63,863 nucleotides of DNA from NCBI GenBank assembly GCA_044892505.1, contig CM097883.1:408084138-408148000 (forward strand). Direction: 5' to 3'. The stretch comes from Schmidtea nova (lineage: Eukaryota). The notes under the pieces are model-generated. The model worked only from the letters and a program-made list of their open reading frames with translations, searched no databases and was not told the DNA's origin. Shown here in pieces: positions 22,992-35,500 of this stretch (position 1 is the stretch's first letter; each line of letters begins with the position of its first letter). Made by a program: the position numbers and the translations under genes.

Positions 22992-23198
22992 TCAAATAGT
23001 AGTCTTTTTTTCAATAGACATCAAGGCTAACCCGTGAAGACGTTCTTGTGACATTGTATTACGAGAAAAACTTTTAATTCGTTTCAATGCTGAAAAACTT
23101 CGTTCTAGTGGAACTGTAGTTGATAGCATTGACAAAATTAAGTCTGCATGCTTACTCGTTTCGGAAAATACCTGGCACATAGTATATTGCAATGTCAC
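22992..23198 (-). mobile_element. hAT transposase C-terminal dimerisation-domain fragment
   Basis: STTVPLERSFSALKRIKSFSRNTMSQERLHGLALMSIEK is the canonical hAT/ZMYM-type dimerisation motif. Confidence 0.88.
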
Positions 23199-23608
23199 AA
23201 AGCATAAATACAGTGGTTTAGAGTGATGGTTAAATTGTTTTACATATTATTGTTTTATTACAATGCAGATTCTATTTACAATGATAAAAATTAATTAGAA
23301 TTTATTATAAGAAAATCATATCCTTATTATCTTCGTTAATTCCGTTAAAAACTAAAACTAAAAATATAATTAATATTTCTTTATTTAATTAACAAGTTTG
23401 TTATACTTATATTCTAAATCATTAATTAAATTTGAAAAGGGTTAAACTTTCAAAAATGCAAATTAGATTTTTAACAATTTCTAATTATCTAATTACTTAA
23501 AACTTCTCTTAAATTTAGACGTCGAATATTATGAAATCAGAACAAATATTGACAAAAAAAATACTTCACTAAAATCATATATAACAATCCCACAAATGAC
23601 ACAATTAA

Positions 23609-23838
23609 CCCGTTATAGCTCAGCGTCCTATTTATAAGACGCCAGGATTTTATTTTTTTAAGCAATTAAATAATGTTCAAATTCAATATAAAAAATATTA
23701 TTTTGTCCTTTAGTCTACACTGAACTAAGGATAATTTTTTTTATCTCAGTTCTTAAAATAGTCTTAAAATAGTTTCTGAGTAATCTATGTTTATAAAACA
23801 TAAATTATCAGAAAATTTTTAAATTGGGCGTTAACGGG
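23609..23838. mobile_element. piggyBac-type MITE (230 bp)
   Basis: TTAA (23605-08) CCCGTTATAGCTCA ... TGGGCGTTAACGGG TTAA (23839-42). Subterminal palindrome GCGTCCTATTTATAAGACGC. Confidence 0.8.
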
Positions 23839-24598
23839 TTAAATATGCAGGATAAGTTATATAAAAAATTATTAAATTATATTTGACCCAATGAATAAAA
23901 TTAGGATTTTAGTGGTTTAATTAAATATTGATATAATTCTACATTATTTTTCTTACAAAACATATTCATTTTCCCTTTATTTTCTATTTTTTGCAGCTCA
24001 ACATTTTGGGTATGTACTAAGCTAATCGGGTCAACGAAATTATATTTGTACTAGACAGTTTTATGGAAATATCCTTACTTGTTTAGTGATGAATAATTTT
24101 TATGCTCATCAGTAGTAATGATTGATCCAACAATTATACCATCTTTTATTACTGTAATTACTGTCATGGCATTATTATCCAGTGCCGCTCTTATAATGAT
24201 TTGTAAAAAAACAAATGAATCGCTTTTAACGTGTAGACTAAGACCTCGATGAGACGTACATTTATAATTTAGCATTGTCTTATCCAACTGATTAGTTTTG
24301 GTCACAACTATTTTTTATCCATATTTTAAAATATGCATTTCCTTTTTAATATATTCATTATACATACTTTAATCCGATATTTCTTTTTCATTCATTTTGA
24401 TAATAATTTCGGTTCTTCTGAAATTAAAAAATTAAAAACTCAACTATAGTTTTTAGTAAAAATACTTGCATATAAGCATGATTTTGTACTTGTTCCGGAA
24501 TTGGTGATATGAGGTTTATTTTTGTTTATTTGCATTTGATGCATGAAGGATCCGGTAAAATATTGGGATAACCATTCAAATATTTAATAACAATTGAT

Positions 24599-24880
24599 GT
24601 GATCTATCCTGCATATGGAAATATTTATCACAGCCAAACAATAACATATTATAATTGTCCTGATGCTGCAGAATTGAGAAAACTATCATATGAAAGACAT
24701 GCTGGTATTTGGTTCTGTTACTTATTTACTATCCCAATCAATTTACTAGCAATAAAAAGTGAAAGTGCGAATCAAATTGAAAGTGAAATCGAGGATAATA
24801 ATGAATATAAAATTGAATATATGATAAATAAAATTAAATATCTCAATAAAACACTTGACGAATTGCCGTTGCCGATTTGA
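24599..24880 (+). other. Unidentified 93-codon ORF/exon-like segment (second copy 32636-32917)
   Basis: Open frame with non-random-looking sequence (IYPAYGNIYH..YYNCPDAAELRKLSYERHAGIWFCYLF). No family recognised, and no ATG start. Confidence 0.25.
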
Positions 24881-26626
24881 TTAAATATGACTGCAGTTTG
24901 TATTACCGATTAACTCCTAGCAGTAATATGTCGCCTGTTTTCATTTGTATTAAATTGTATCTTTTCAAATTAACCAGTCTATTTAAATTATTAATAATAC
25001 GAAAAACATTTTTTACATTTAATGCACACGTACTTTTTGATTTTTTCAATTTTTACTTTTTTACCAAATTATTGGTTAGGAAATAAATAATTCTCCAATA
25101 AAAATTATCAAGATTAAAAGAAAATTAGTAAATGTAAAATTTGCTGAAGTTTCTTAGTTAATCAATGAAAGTCTATCACGATTTTTAGACATGAAAGAAT
25201 AAATAAAGTTTAAATAAAATAATTTCCTCTCCAATGGCTTCAGCATGTTATAATTAATTCCAAATCTAACAATTAATTTCATAGCCAGGTGTTATTTCGT
25301 AGATTTTCGAGCATTGCAAACAAATTTACTAAAGAAAAAATATATAGGATTATTTTATCAACGATATACAATCAAAAGAATCTGGGATCAGTAACCATAT
25401 TCATTATGTAATCAAATGAATTTCATGTATTACTGACAACCAATTATTATTTTTAATCAATAATAAAACTAAATTTTGTGTAAATTTTACGTTTGATAAA
25501 TTAAAGCACCATCACATAAATGAAATTAAAATCAAAAATTTCAACAACACAAACCAAAAAATTTGGAATCTAATAAAATGCACCTTATATTCTATAATGT
25601 AACTAATAATCTAAATGTATAATTAGAAATTCATATTATATTAATAATATATAAAATAAAATTCAAAATGCATAAATAAATTTTATACTTATAACTAATA
25701 ATCAAAATAAACCTTAACTAATGATCATGATTATTCAAATTCCAAATCGACAATATTCGATCATATAACAGAATTGAGCTGATAAATAGAAATGGTTAGA
25801 GTTCATTACATAACTAACATATCAAAAGTAGTAACATGTGACCCCTTAACACTATAGGAAAATGCCGTCCGTTCGAAGAACCCAACACTTTTTAATTTTT
25901 TTGTCAACCGTTGATTGATTTAAAGGATCGATATTCCGTTCGTTTTGAAATTTTCTAATCTACAATCTGATACTAGAACTTTGTACAAAATGATTTTATT
26001 AATATTTTTTATTATTTGTCATCAAGCTCCTTGGCGTATTTCCAACATCAATATCTCAGCGCATTTAAAATAATCTTAAGTTGACAACAAACTACAAATA
26101 AAACATCAACTAAGTTTTAACAAACAACTGTTTTACACATTTTCAAAAAGTGCCTCATTAGTTAAGGTGTGTACAAATAAAACTAAAGACATACTTACAA
26201 ATATTTACTTTGCAAATTCAAAATTTGTTGACTGCGAGAAATTACTATATTCCGATTTGAGGTCAGAAATTTGAGGTTAAAATTTTATTTTCTGTTAATC
26301 TGATATATTGATTAGTATTAATAATACTAAAAAAATTCAAATGACTTTTCTATTTACCGACAAAAACACAAATGGCTAGGAGAGAAGTCTTGTATTTCAA
26401 AATGAATAATTGAAAATGTATTCTTACAAATTAATGAAACGGAAATGTATTGTTTTGTTTTGTCATGTTGAAATAGTGTTAAACGTATATTTACTCTAAT
26501 CAATTTTTGAAGGCCATATCAATGGAATTGAAAAAGAATTTTAAATTGGATCGAATAAAATCGAGAATTATTTATTAATCTTTATTTATAAATCTTTTTT
26601 TTTTATAAATTATTTATTTACAAAAA

Positions 26627-26695
26627 GTTCGCAGAACCCCTGCTATCAGTCCACGGAACCCCAGGGTTTCGCGGAACAAACTTTGGGAAACGCTG
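26627..26695 (-). mobile_element. hAT (Charlie-like) element terminus (second copy 34664-34732)
   Basis: Reverse complement CAGCGTTTCCCAAAGTTTGTTCCGCGAAACCCTGGGGTTCCGTGG is a typical hAT end. Partner end not found. Confidence 0.6.
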
Positions 26696-28354
26696 AATTA
26701 GAATAACAACTATAAACCAAGATGAAGGATATGTATGAATCTTGTATTAACAAATCAAATATACATTAGTCTTGCATAAAGATATTGATTAACCAGTTAA
26801 TGAATTAAGTGTAAATCAACCTATTATTTTGTAATCATCTAAAATTTTAAAGGGTAATTGATATTTTATATATATTATTTTTCATCTTCTAGAATATCCA
26901 TGTGATTAAACTCTTCGTCTGATAAACTTCTTCCATTTTTCCTTCTAAAATATTCATACTAGAAAATAAACAAGATAAGTATGACTTTTCTCAGTGCACG
27001 ATATTCTTTAAAAAGATTCAATTTTTTTATAATTGATTTTATCGTCATCTTTTTCGTTTTTGTAATCAAGCAATTTTTAAATAAACGTTGCTCATCTCAA
27101 AGAAAGAAAATAAATAAATGTTATAAATGAGAAAGCTTAACAAGTGTTGGGCAAAAACTAAATCCATTTAATTTGAAAGCGAGCGAGGACATATAGCACG
27201 TAGAGACCATACAAGAAGTATGTGTAAATAGCTGAGCAAACACCAAATAAACAAAATTAATTAAAAAAAACTTTTTAATTGAACAAAAGCAAGAAATAAC
27301 CACGAACAAACACAAATATAACAAATAACAAGATATTCTTTAAAAATTAGAGAAATAAAGAAATTCTATAATTAATTATCTTAATTTTGATACCACAAAT
27401 CTAAAAATCTAAAAGTAAATTGTAAATATTAAAATTAAGTAGCTAAAATTTATGTAAAATATAAAGTTTTGATAAAAAAATTGATAAAATTGTACGTAAA
27501 AATTTATTTTTAGTAAAAATAAAATAAATTGAAAAAGCATTCAAGAAGTTTTTGTTTTACTGCATCAATTTAATTAAATGCTGGGAAAATGGTATAAATA
27601 GAGATGCCATTTTTATTTATTTTAACACTTGAGAATTGGAGAAATTTTCGCAAATAATTAAGATTCTTTCCGAAAATTTTTAAAATTATTTTAACAAAAG
27701 AGAAAAACCTCTCACCAACTGAGAAGTAAAATTCGGAGGCGCAAAGCTGTTCAAATTTTTGGAGAGACGGTATCATTCTGATAATACAGGGTATGCCAGT
27801 TTGATGTTTTGCTCGTGCCGTCATTTTATTCTGCATCGGCTCATGGCACGGTTATTAATTTTTTTATTTGTTCATGCTACTCAATAATATTCAATAAATG
27901 TTTTTCAACAATTGATGTATTCTAAATCAAGGCGCAAAATCAATGCATGAATTAAAATGATTTTTTGCTTGTTTTTTGACCTTTGGACTATTTAACTCGT
28001 TGTGAATATCTCCAGGATGGTTTAGAGTTAGGGTGGAGAGTGTATTCTCTCAAACTTCCCAACCCCATGCTGTCGACTCGACATCAAATTCCAGATTCAT
28101 ACTTACGTAGATGTAAGATAACGGCCGGAGGATCATACGCGATGTTATAATAAAAATTTTGCTCCCTTAAAATAATTATTATTTTGTTTAAAATAAATCT
28201 GCTAAATAAAAATATCATTTATTTAATATATAACTAAACACAATATATAAACACAATATATAAACACAATATATAACTAAACACAAATTCAGTCACGATA
28301 TTCTATTTTGGATGAAGTTCTTTTGAGTGTGATTAATCATATATAAATAAGTTA

Positions 28355-29230
28355 ATGCAAAAAAGAACAGAACAAAGTATTGTGAGCGAGGAATCAAAAA
28401 CATCGGAAGGTGAATCGCCTTGGGAAAAGAAGAGTTTAAATCGATTGCAGAAAATAAAAATTCCTATTTTCGATTGGAAAGTGGTCGAGTTTGAGAAGTG
28501 GAAAGCTGCTTTTAATCAGGGAATAGACAAGACAGATGGAACAGCAGAGGATAAAATGCTGCATCTTAGGCAATATTTGGTTGACGAACCTCTGCGAATG
28601 ATAGAGACACTGGGTTATACAGCCGAAGGTTATAAAATGGCGAAAGGAGTTACGGATGTGAAGAACGTAGTTACCTGACTATGTTAGAAACTGTGGATAA
28701 ATTTCGGCCGGTACGCATAGGAGAAATAAAAGATTTGGATATTCTCGTTGGATTGTTGGAATCAATGGAGGTACGGCTTAAAGCAATTGGAAGAGAAGAG
28801 GACCTACATAGAGGCCGTTGTTGAAGAAATTGTTATAGAAATTGTTAATGAAATTACCAGCTTCTTTACTTATTCGATGACAAAGAGAGCAAACGAAAGA
28901 GGAAGGTGAGGAATGGAGTGGTTTCAAAATGAAGCTGACCTAATACGATCGACAAATGAAATATTATATGGTTTTGGTTGTAAAAAGGATTTCAATTGAC
29001 AATATGGGCAGAAATACTTCAAGGCTTCTGAAAAGATTGACAATAGAAGGTACTCACGCTTTACAAACCCTTGCAATGATGTAAAACAAAACTCAAATAA
29101 AGGTGGAGAAGGATTAATCATGCAACAATATCAAAGCAGGTTGATTTGTTTCAAATGCCAAGGGGCGCATTATCTAGATCAATGCCCACAATTAAAATTA
29201 TTGACAGTAAATGACAGGAAAATTAATTTT
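28355..29230 (+). mobile_element. BEL/Pao LTR retrotransposon gag remnant (copy 1)
   Basis: LQKIKIPIFDWKVVEFEKWKAAF...EDKMLHLRQYL..EPLRMIETLGYT..GY (DUF1759-like), and a downstream knuckle CFKCQGAHYLDQCPQLKLLTVNDR. Frameshifts and stops present. Confidence 0.8.
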
Positions 29231-29719
29231 CATTTAATAAAATTTAATTATGCGATGAAATCCCAGCGAGCAGGCTCCGTCGAAATAAGGTCGCTGTTGG
29301 CAAGCTGTAAACTGAATATAAAAAAACCAAAGACGCAAAATTTCTAGATTGTGCAAGGAATCATTTGTCTTATTGATTGAAATAAAATCAACTCAATTTA
29401 CAAATGTAAGAAAGCTAAATTAATAACTAATAGACCAAACTCACCGATTCAGTGATCACTTATCGCAGCATATAATTGTTACGGTGTTCGCCATATTCAC
29501 TACAACAAATAAACTAAACCCATTGAGCGCAAATTGATTTTTACCACCATGAAAATAATTCTAAAATCAATTATGATCATAAAAAGATACATTTAATAAA
29601 AACAATTAATAAATACAATCCTGAAAACAAAAGTCCTATTGATTACTATATTCTATACAAAATAAACATTATTACGTAATGAACAAGATATTTATTGAAT
29701 CTACAAAAATAAACTCATT

Positions 29720-30130
29720 TAATCTACAGCGGTGTTCGATTATTCGGGTTCTGGTTGTGGGTAGTTTGTTCCCTCAATTTCAGACAAATGAATTGGAATT
29801 TCGCAATAATCGTTTTTCCTTTCTATGCCATTGGCGACGTGTTCGCTTCCCTGACTTGTTCTTACTTTTCTTGGCAAATTTAAGGATCTCTTCAAGCTGT
29901 TATGGTGTGTTCGATTTTTGTCTTTGTACTTTCCATTCATCTTAACACCAACTGCGTTCGATTTCGGTTCCGTTGGTTCTCGCCTTTTGATGAATAGTTT
30001 CGAATTTGATTGAAATTGATAGAGTTCCACGAGAATTAGGTACTCTTCTTCCCACTGTACGATCACGTGAAATCCGCGTTCATAAACCATTTCCTTCGTC
30101 GACGGCAGAGGCAGGAGTGCGTTCATTACC
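29720..30130 (-). mobile_element. Gypsy-like integrase remnant, internally deleted (second copy 37757-38167)
   Basis: LLPLP...YERGFHVIVQW..EYLILVE resembles the integrase start (P..PW.RVH.D.....YLI.VD). TTRTRIIEHRCRLN resembles the pol C-terminal TRSGR.IKPP.RL tail. Confidence 0.45.
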
Positions 30131-31739
30131 TCTGAAAAAAATATTTTTCATAATATTTTCATAATTATAAACAACAGTATAATTGAAGACCAAACCCATT
30201 ATCATCAATTGACAATGCTCTAAATCTCGAGTACAGAGAAGACGACCAATCTTCTCCAAGGTACGTAGCATTTATTTCACGACATTTTAAAAGTGAAACG
30301 AGTTTAATATAAAGATCAGAAGAAAAATATAAGTATTGCTAACAGTCACACCAGTTAATTTAATTTTCGCAAATATTGAACTAAATACAATTTGAATAAA
30401 CGATATGTTCTATCCAAATATAACACTAGAGGATGCACACTTAAAGATTGCGAGAAGCTTCTTTTCAAATTTAAACATCACACCAAAATCCTATGAAAAT
30501 TTACGAGTCCATATCCCAATAACTCTTTTTGACAGTCAATACGCCTGGTTGCTGAGATAATGTCCAACCTCACTTCAATCTCGTTACACAGGTCTCTTTC
30601 AAGTAATAAAGATTTATTCAGAAAATAATGCAATGATTATTATTGTATGCAAAAAAAACCAAAAACTGTCAATCTCTTTAAGGTAAAACCCTCTTTTCAC
30701 ATCAAAGAAAGCGACAATATCTGAAATAAATAAAATGTGCTTAAAAAATGTGCTTAAATAAAATGTGGTGGGGCTTTCAGATAGTTTGATTAAATGTGTA
30801 AATGTAAATATTGTTTTATTGAAAAAAGAATTAATGTTAGCCTGGATAATAAAATAATTAGTTTCTATTGATTATTCTACAGTGCATTATATAATTGAAA
30901 ATACTTAATTATAATCATTATTATAATTTATAATTTTACTATTAACAATCTTAACACCAGTATACCAAGAAAGGTATTCAATAAAGTTCTTTCTTCACGT
31001 CTCCTGTATAGCACTGATGATCGTCAAAAGTTCGAAATTATTCTGTTATCAGGGATCTGCACTGGGTATCACAAAGCTTTTATTGTAATTCTTTAAAATT
31101 AAAAATTAAATTTTTAATAAAATTAAGATTATTTCGACAATAATCAAAAGTTTAGATACAAATAAAGAATTATTAAAAAATAAAATGAAAATTTAACTTT
31201 TAAATACTTTCCCCTGACATTTTTCAGGGGAAAATGTCTGTTCTACTGGATGAAAATGTTCATGTATAATGATAATATGTAAAATGATAAGCAAGGATCA
31301 TCTTTATAAAATGTCCAAACGATCGATATCGCAAATTTGTTTCATACGGATTTCTACACCAGGTAGCGATTGAAATGATCCGATTCCATAAATAATGACT
31401 AAGGAACTATAATTTGATTGCGGTTTAAATTTACAGCGAAATTAGAAGAGAACATAAAGAAATTGCACAATTGATCTTTTAAGGAAATGCTTACCGAGTA
31501 GCTGTATCACTATTACTGCCGAAAAGAAGAAAATATTCAGTAGAAGCATTAAGTTTTTTAAGGCAGTCACCAAGAGGCAACTAGAAAAAAGATGAGTAGG
31601 ATGCTGAACGGTTTTCATTGGCACACTATTTACAAAAATTGCTTATGAAATTTGCTTTCATTATCATTAGTGGGATATGTCCCCGCCAGGTACAATATTC
31701 CACAAACAGTGTTATGTAATAATTTACATTTAGCCATTT

Positions 31740-32549
31740 TACGTAATATGAGGGGCCACATTTAATATAATAGGGTTTTAATATGATTCAATAAGGTCGA
31801 TTATCAAGTAACATTGCATCATTTATGCAATATTGTTTAAATTCAAATATTACGTAACACTAGGGCTCAACCAGTTTCCTCCTAGGGTCTCAGTTGCATG
31901 GTTGGGCAATTTCACAGTACGATTTATTGACTCATACAAATTTTCCAATACTTTATTTTGCAAAGCAGTGAAAACATTAAATAATTTACCATTTACTCGA
32001 TCGGAGTTATTTACATTAACAATCATTGACAACAAATAAATATTTTCATATGATCTTGCCACCAATCAGAAAATCCTTGAAACAACAAAAGTTGCCCCCT
32101 ATTTGGGAAAGAGTTACCAATGAAGAATATCAAACAGCACAAAAACTATGATAGGAAGCATCGTGTGATATGCTAATGGTTTATATTCAAATATATATGA
32201 AGCTTGATGTGTTTTTGCTTGCTGATTTTTTCAACAATTTCCAGCACATTATGAACTCGAGCCATTTAACTTTTACGTAATCCCTGGAATATCTTGGGCA
32301 TCTGCACTCATTACTTTAAAAGAACCATTAGAATTATTAATTGATATATAGAAATGTATAATTTCTTCGATAGTGGTATTCGTCGTGGTTTTATATTTGT
32401 AAATAAACACCACGTAGTAACGGATGATGAAACAGAGTTGCTTTATATTAATATAAATAACCTGTACGGATATGTATTAAGTCAGAACTTACCATGTTGG
32501 GAATTTGAGTGAATATGTGATGAAGTACACTGCTTTAGTTCAAAACTGG
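31740..32549 (+). mobile_element. Polinton/Maverick protein-primed DNA polymerase B remnant (copy truncated by the duplication junction)
   Basis: RFIDSYKF; TNEEYQTAQKL; YMKLDVFLLADFF; YELEPFNFYVIPGISWASAL; MYNFFDSGIRRG; LLYININNLYGYVLSQNLP..EFE. These match the Polinton pPolB motif order. Confidence 0.88.
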
Positions 32550-32550
32550 T

Positions 32551-35500
32551 GTTTATTTTTGTTTATTTGCATTTGATGCATGAAGGATCCGGTAAAATAT
32601 TGGGATAACCATTCAAATATTTAATAACAATTGATGTGATCTATCCTGCATATGGAAATATTTATCACAGCCAAACAATAACATATTATAATTGTCCTGA
32701 TGCTGCAGAATTGAGAAAACTATCATATGAAAGACATGCTGGTATTTGGTTCTGTTACTTATTTACTATCCCAATCAATTTACTAGCAATAAAAAGTGAA
32801 AGTGCGAATCAAATTGAAAGTGAAATCGAGGATAATAATGAATATAAAATTGAATATATGATAAATAAAATTAAATATCTCAATAAAACACTTGACGAAT
32901 TGCCGTTGCCGATTTGATTAAATATGACTGCAGTTTGTATTACCGATTAACTCCTAGCAGTAATATGTCGCCTGTTTTCATTTGTATTAAATTGTATCTT
33001 TTCAAATTAACCAGTCTATTTAAATTATTAATAATACGAAAAACATTTTTTACATTTAATGCACACGTACTTTTTGATTTTTTCAATTTTTACTTTTTTA
33101 CCAAATTATTGGTTAGGAAATAAATAATTCTCCAATAAAAATTATCAAGATTAAAAGAAAATTAGTAAATGTAAAATTTGCTGAAGTTTCTTAGTTAATC
33201 AATGAAAGTCTATCACGATTTTTAGACATGAAAGAATAAATAAAGTTTAAATAAAATAATTTCCTCTCCAATGGCTTCAGCATGTTATAATTAATTCCAA
33301 ATCTAACAATTAATTTCATAGCCAGGTGTTATTTCGTAGATTTTCGAGCATTGCAAACAAATTTACTAAAGAAAAAATATATAGGATTATTTTATCAACG
33401 ATATACAATCAAAAGAATCTGGGATCAGTAACCATATTCATTATGTAATCAAATGAATTTCATGTATTACTGACAACCAATTATTATTTTTAATCAATAA
33501 TAAAACTAAATTTTGTGTAAATTTTACGTTTGATAAATTAAAGCACCATCACATAAATGAAATTAAAATCAAAAATTTCAACAACACAAACCAAAAAATT
33601 TGGAATCTAATAAAATGCACCTTATATTCTATAATGTAACTAATAATCTAAATGTATAATTAGAAATTCATATTATATTAATAATATATAAAATAAAATT
33701 CAAAATGCATAAATAAATTTTATACTTATAACTAATAATCAAAATAAACCTTAACTAATGATCATGATTATTCAAATTCCAAATCGACAATATTCGATCA
33801 TATAACAGAATTGAGCTGATAAATAGAAATGGTTAGAGTTCATTACATAACTAACATATCAAAAGTAGTAACATGTGACCCCTTAACACTATAGGAAAAT
33901 GCCGTCCGTTCGAAGAACCCAACACTTTTTAATTTTTTTGTCAACCGTTGATTGATTTAAAGGATCGATATTCCGTTCGTTTTGAAATTTTCTAATCTAC
34001 AATCTGATACTAGAACTTTGTACAAAATGATTTTATTAATATTTTTTATTATTTGTCATCAAGCTCCTTGGCGTATTTCCAACATCAATATCTCAGCGCA
34101 TTTAAAATAATCTTAAGTTGACAACAAACTACAAATAAAACATCAACTAAGTTTTAACAAACAACTGTTTTACACATTTTCAAAAAGTGCCTCATTAGTT
34201 AAGGTGTGTACAAATAAAACTAAAGACATACTTACAAATATTTACTTTGCAAATTCAAAATTTGTTGACTGCGAGAAATTACTATATTCCGATTTGAGGT
34301 CAGAAATTTGAGGTTAAAATTTTATTTTCTGTTAATCTGATATATTGATTAGTATTAATAATACTAAAAAAATTCAAATGACTTTTCTATTTACCGACAA
34401 AAACACAAATGGCTAGGAGAGAAGTCTTGTATTTCAAAATGAATAATTGAAAATGTATTCTTACAAATTAATGAAACGGAAATGTATTGTTTTGTTTTGT
34501 CATGTTGAAATAGTGTTAAACGTATATTTACTCTAATCAATTTTTGAAGGCCATATCAATGGAATTGAAAAAGAATTTTAAATTGGATCGAATAAAATCG
34601 AGAATTATTTATTAATCTTTATTTATAAATCTTTTTTTTTTATAAATTATTTATTTACAAAAAGTTCGCAGAACCCCTGCTATCAGTCCACGGAACCCCA
34701 GGGTTTCGCGGAACAAACTTTAGGAAACGCTGAATTAGAATAACAACTATAAACCAAGATGAAGGATATGTATGAATCTTGTATTAACAAATCAAATATA
34801 CATTAGTCTTGCATAAAGATATTGATTAACCAGTTAATGAATTAAGTGTAAATCAACCTATTATTTTGTAATCATCTAAAATTTTAAAGGGTAATTGATA
34901 TTTTATATATATTATTTTTCATCTTCTAGAATATCCATGTGATTAAACTCTTCGTCTGATAAACTTCTTCCATTTTTCCTTCTAAAATATTCATACTAGA
35001 AAATAAACAAGATAAGTATGACTTTTCTCAGTGCACGATATTCTTTAAAAAGATTCAATTTTTTTATAATTGATTTTATCGTCATCTTTTTCGTTTTTGT
35101 AATCAAGCAATTTTTAAATAAACGTTGCTCATCTCAAAGAAAGAAAATAAATAAATGTTATAAATGAGAAAGCTTAACAAGTGTTGGGCAAAAACTAAAT
35201 CCATTTAATTTGAAAGCGAGCGAGGACATATAGCACGTAGAGACCATACAAGAAGTATGTGTAAATAGCTGAGCAAACACCAAATAAACAAAATTAATTA
35301 AAAAAAACTTTTTAATTGAACAAAAGCAAGAAATAACCACGAACAAACACAAATATAACAAATAACAAGATATTCTTTAAAAATTAGAGAAATAAAGAAA
35401 TTCTATAATTAATTATCTTAATTTTGATACCACAAATCTAAAAATCTAAAAGTAAATTGTAAATATTAAAATTAAGTAGCTAAAATTTATGTAAAATATA

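Larger units (their letters stand above)
24514..32549 (+). repeat. 8,036-bp tandem duplication, copy 1
   Basis: All ORFs recur at an offset of exactly +8037. Boundaries were mapped by eye: GTTTATTTTTG at 24514 and 32551; AACTGG ending at 32549 and 40586. Confidence 0.97.

Noticed and set aside
28108-28130. U1 snRNA (ATACTTAC start)
   Set aside because: The match ends after 8 nt; no U1 stem-loops or Sm site follow.
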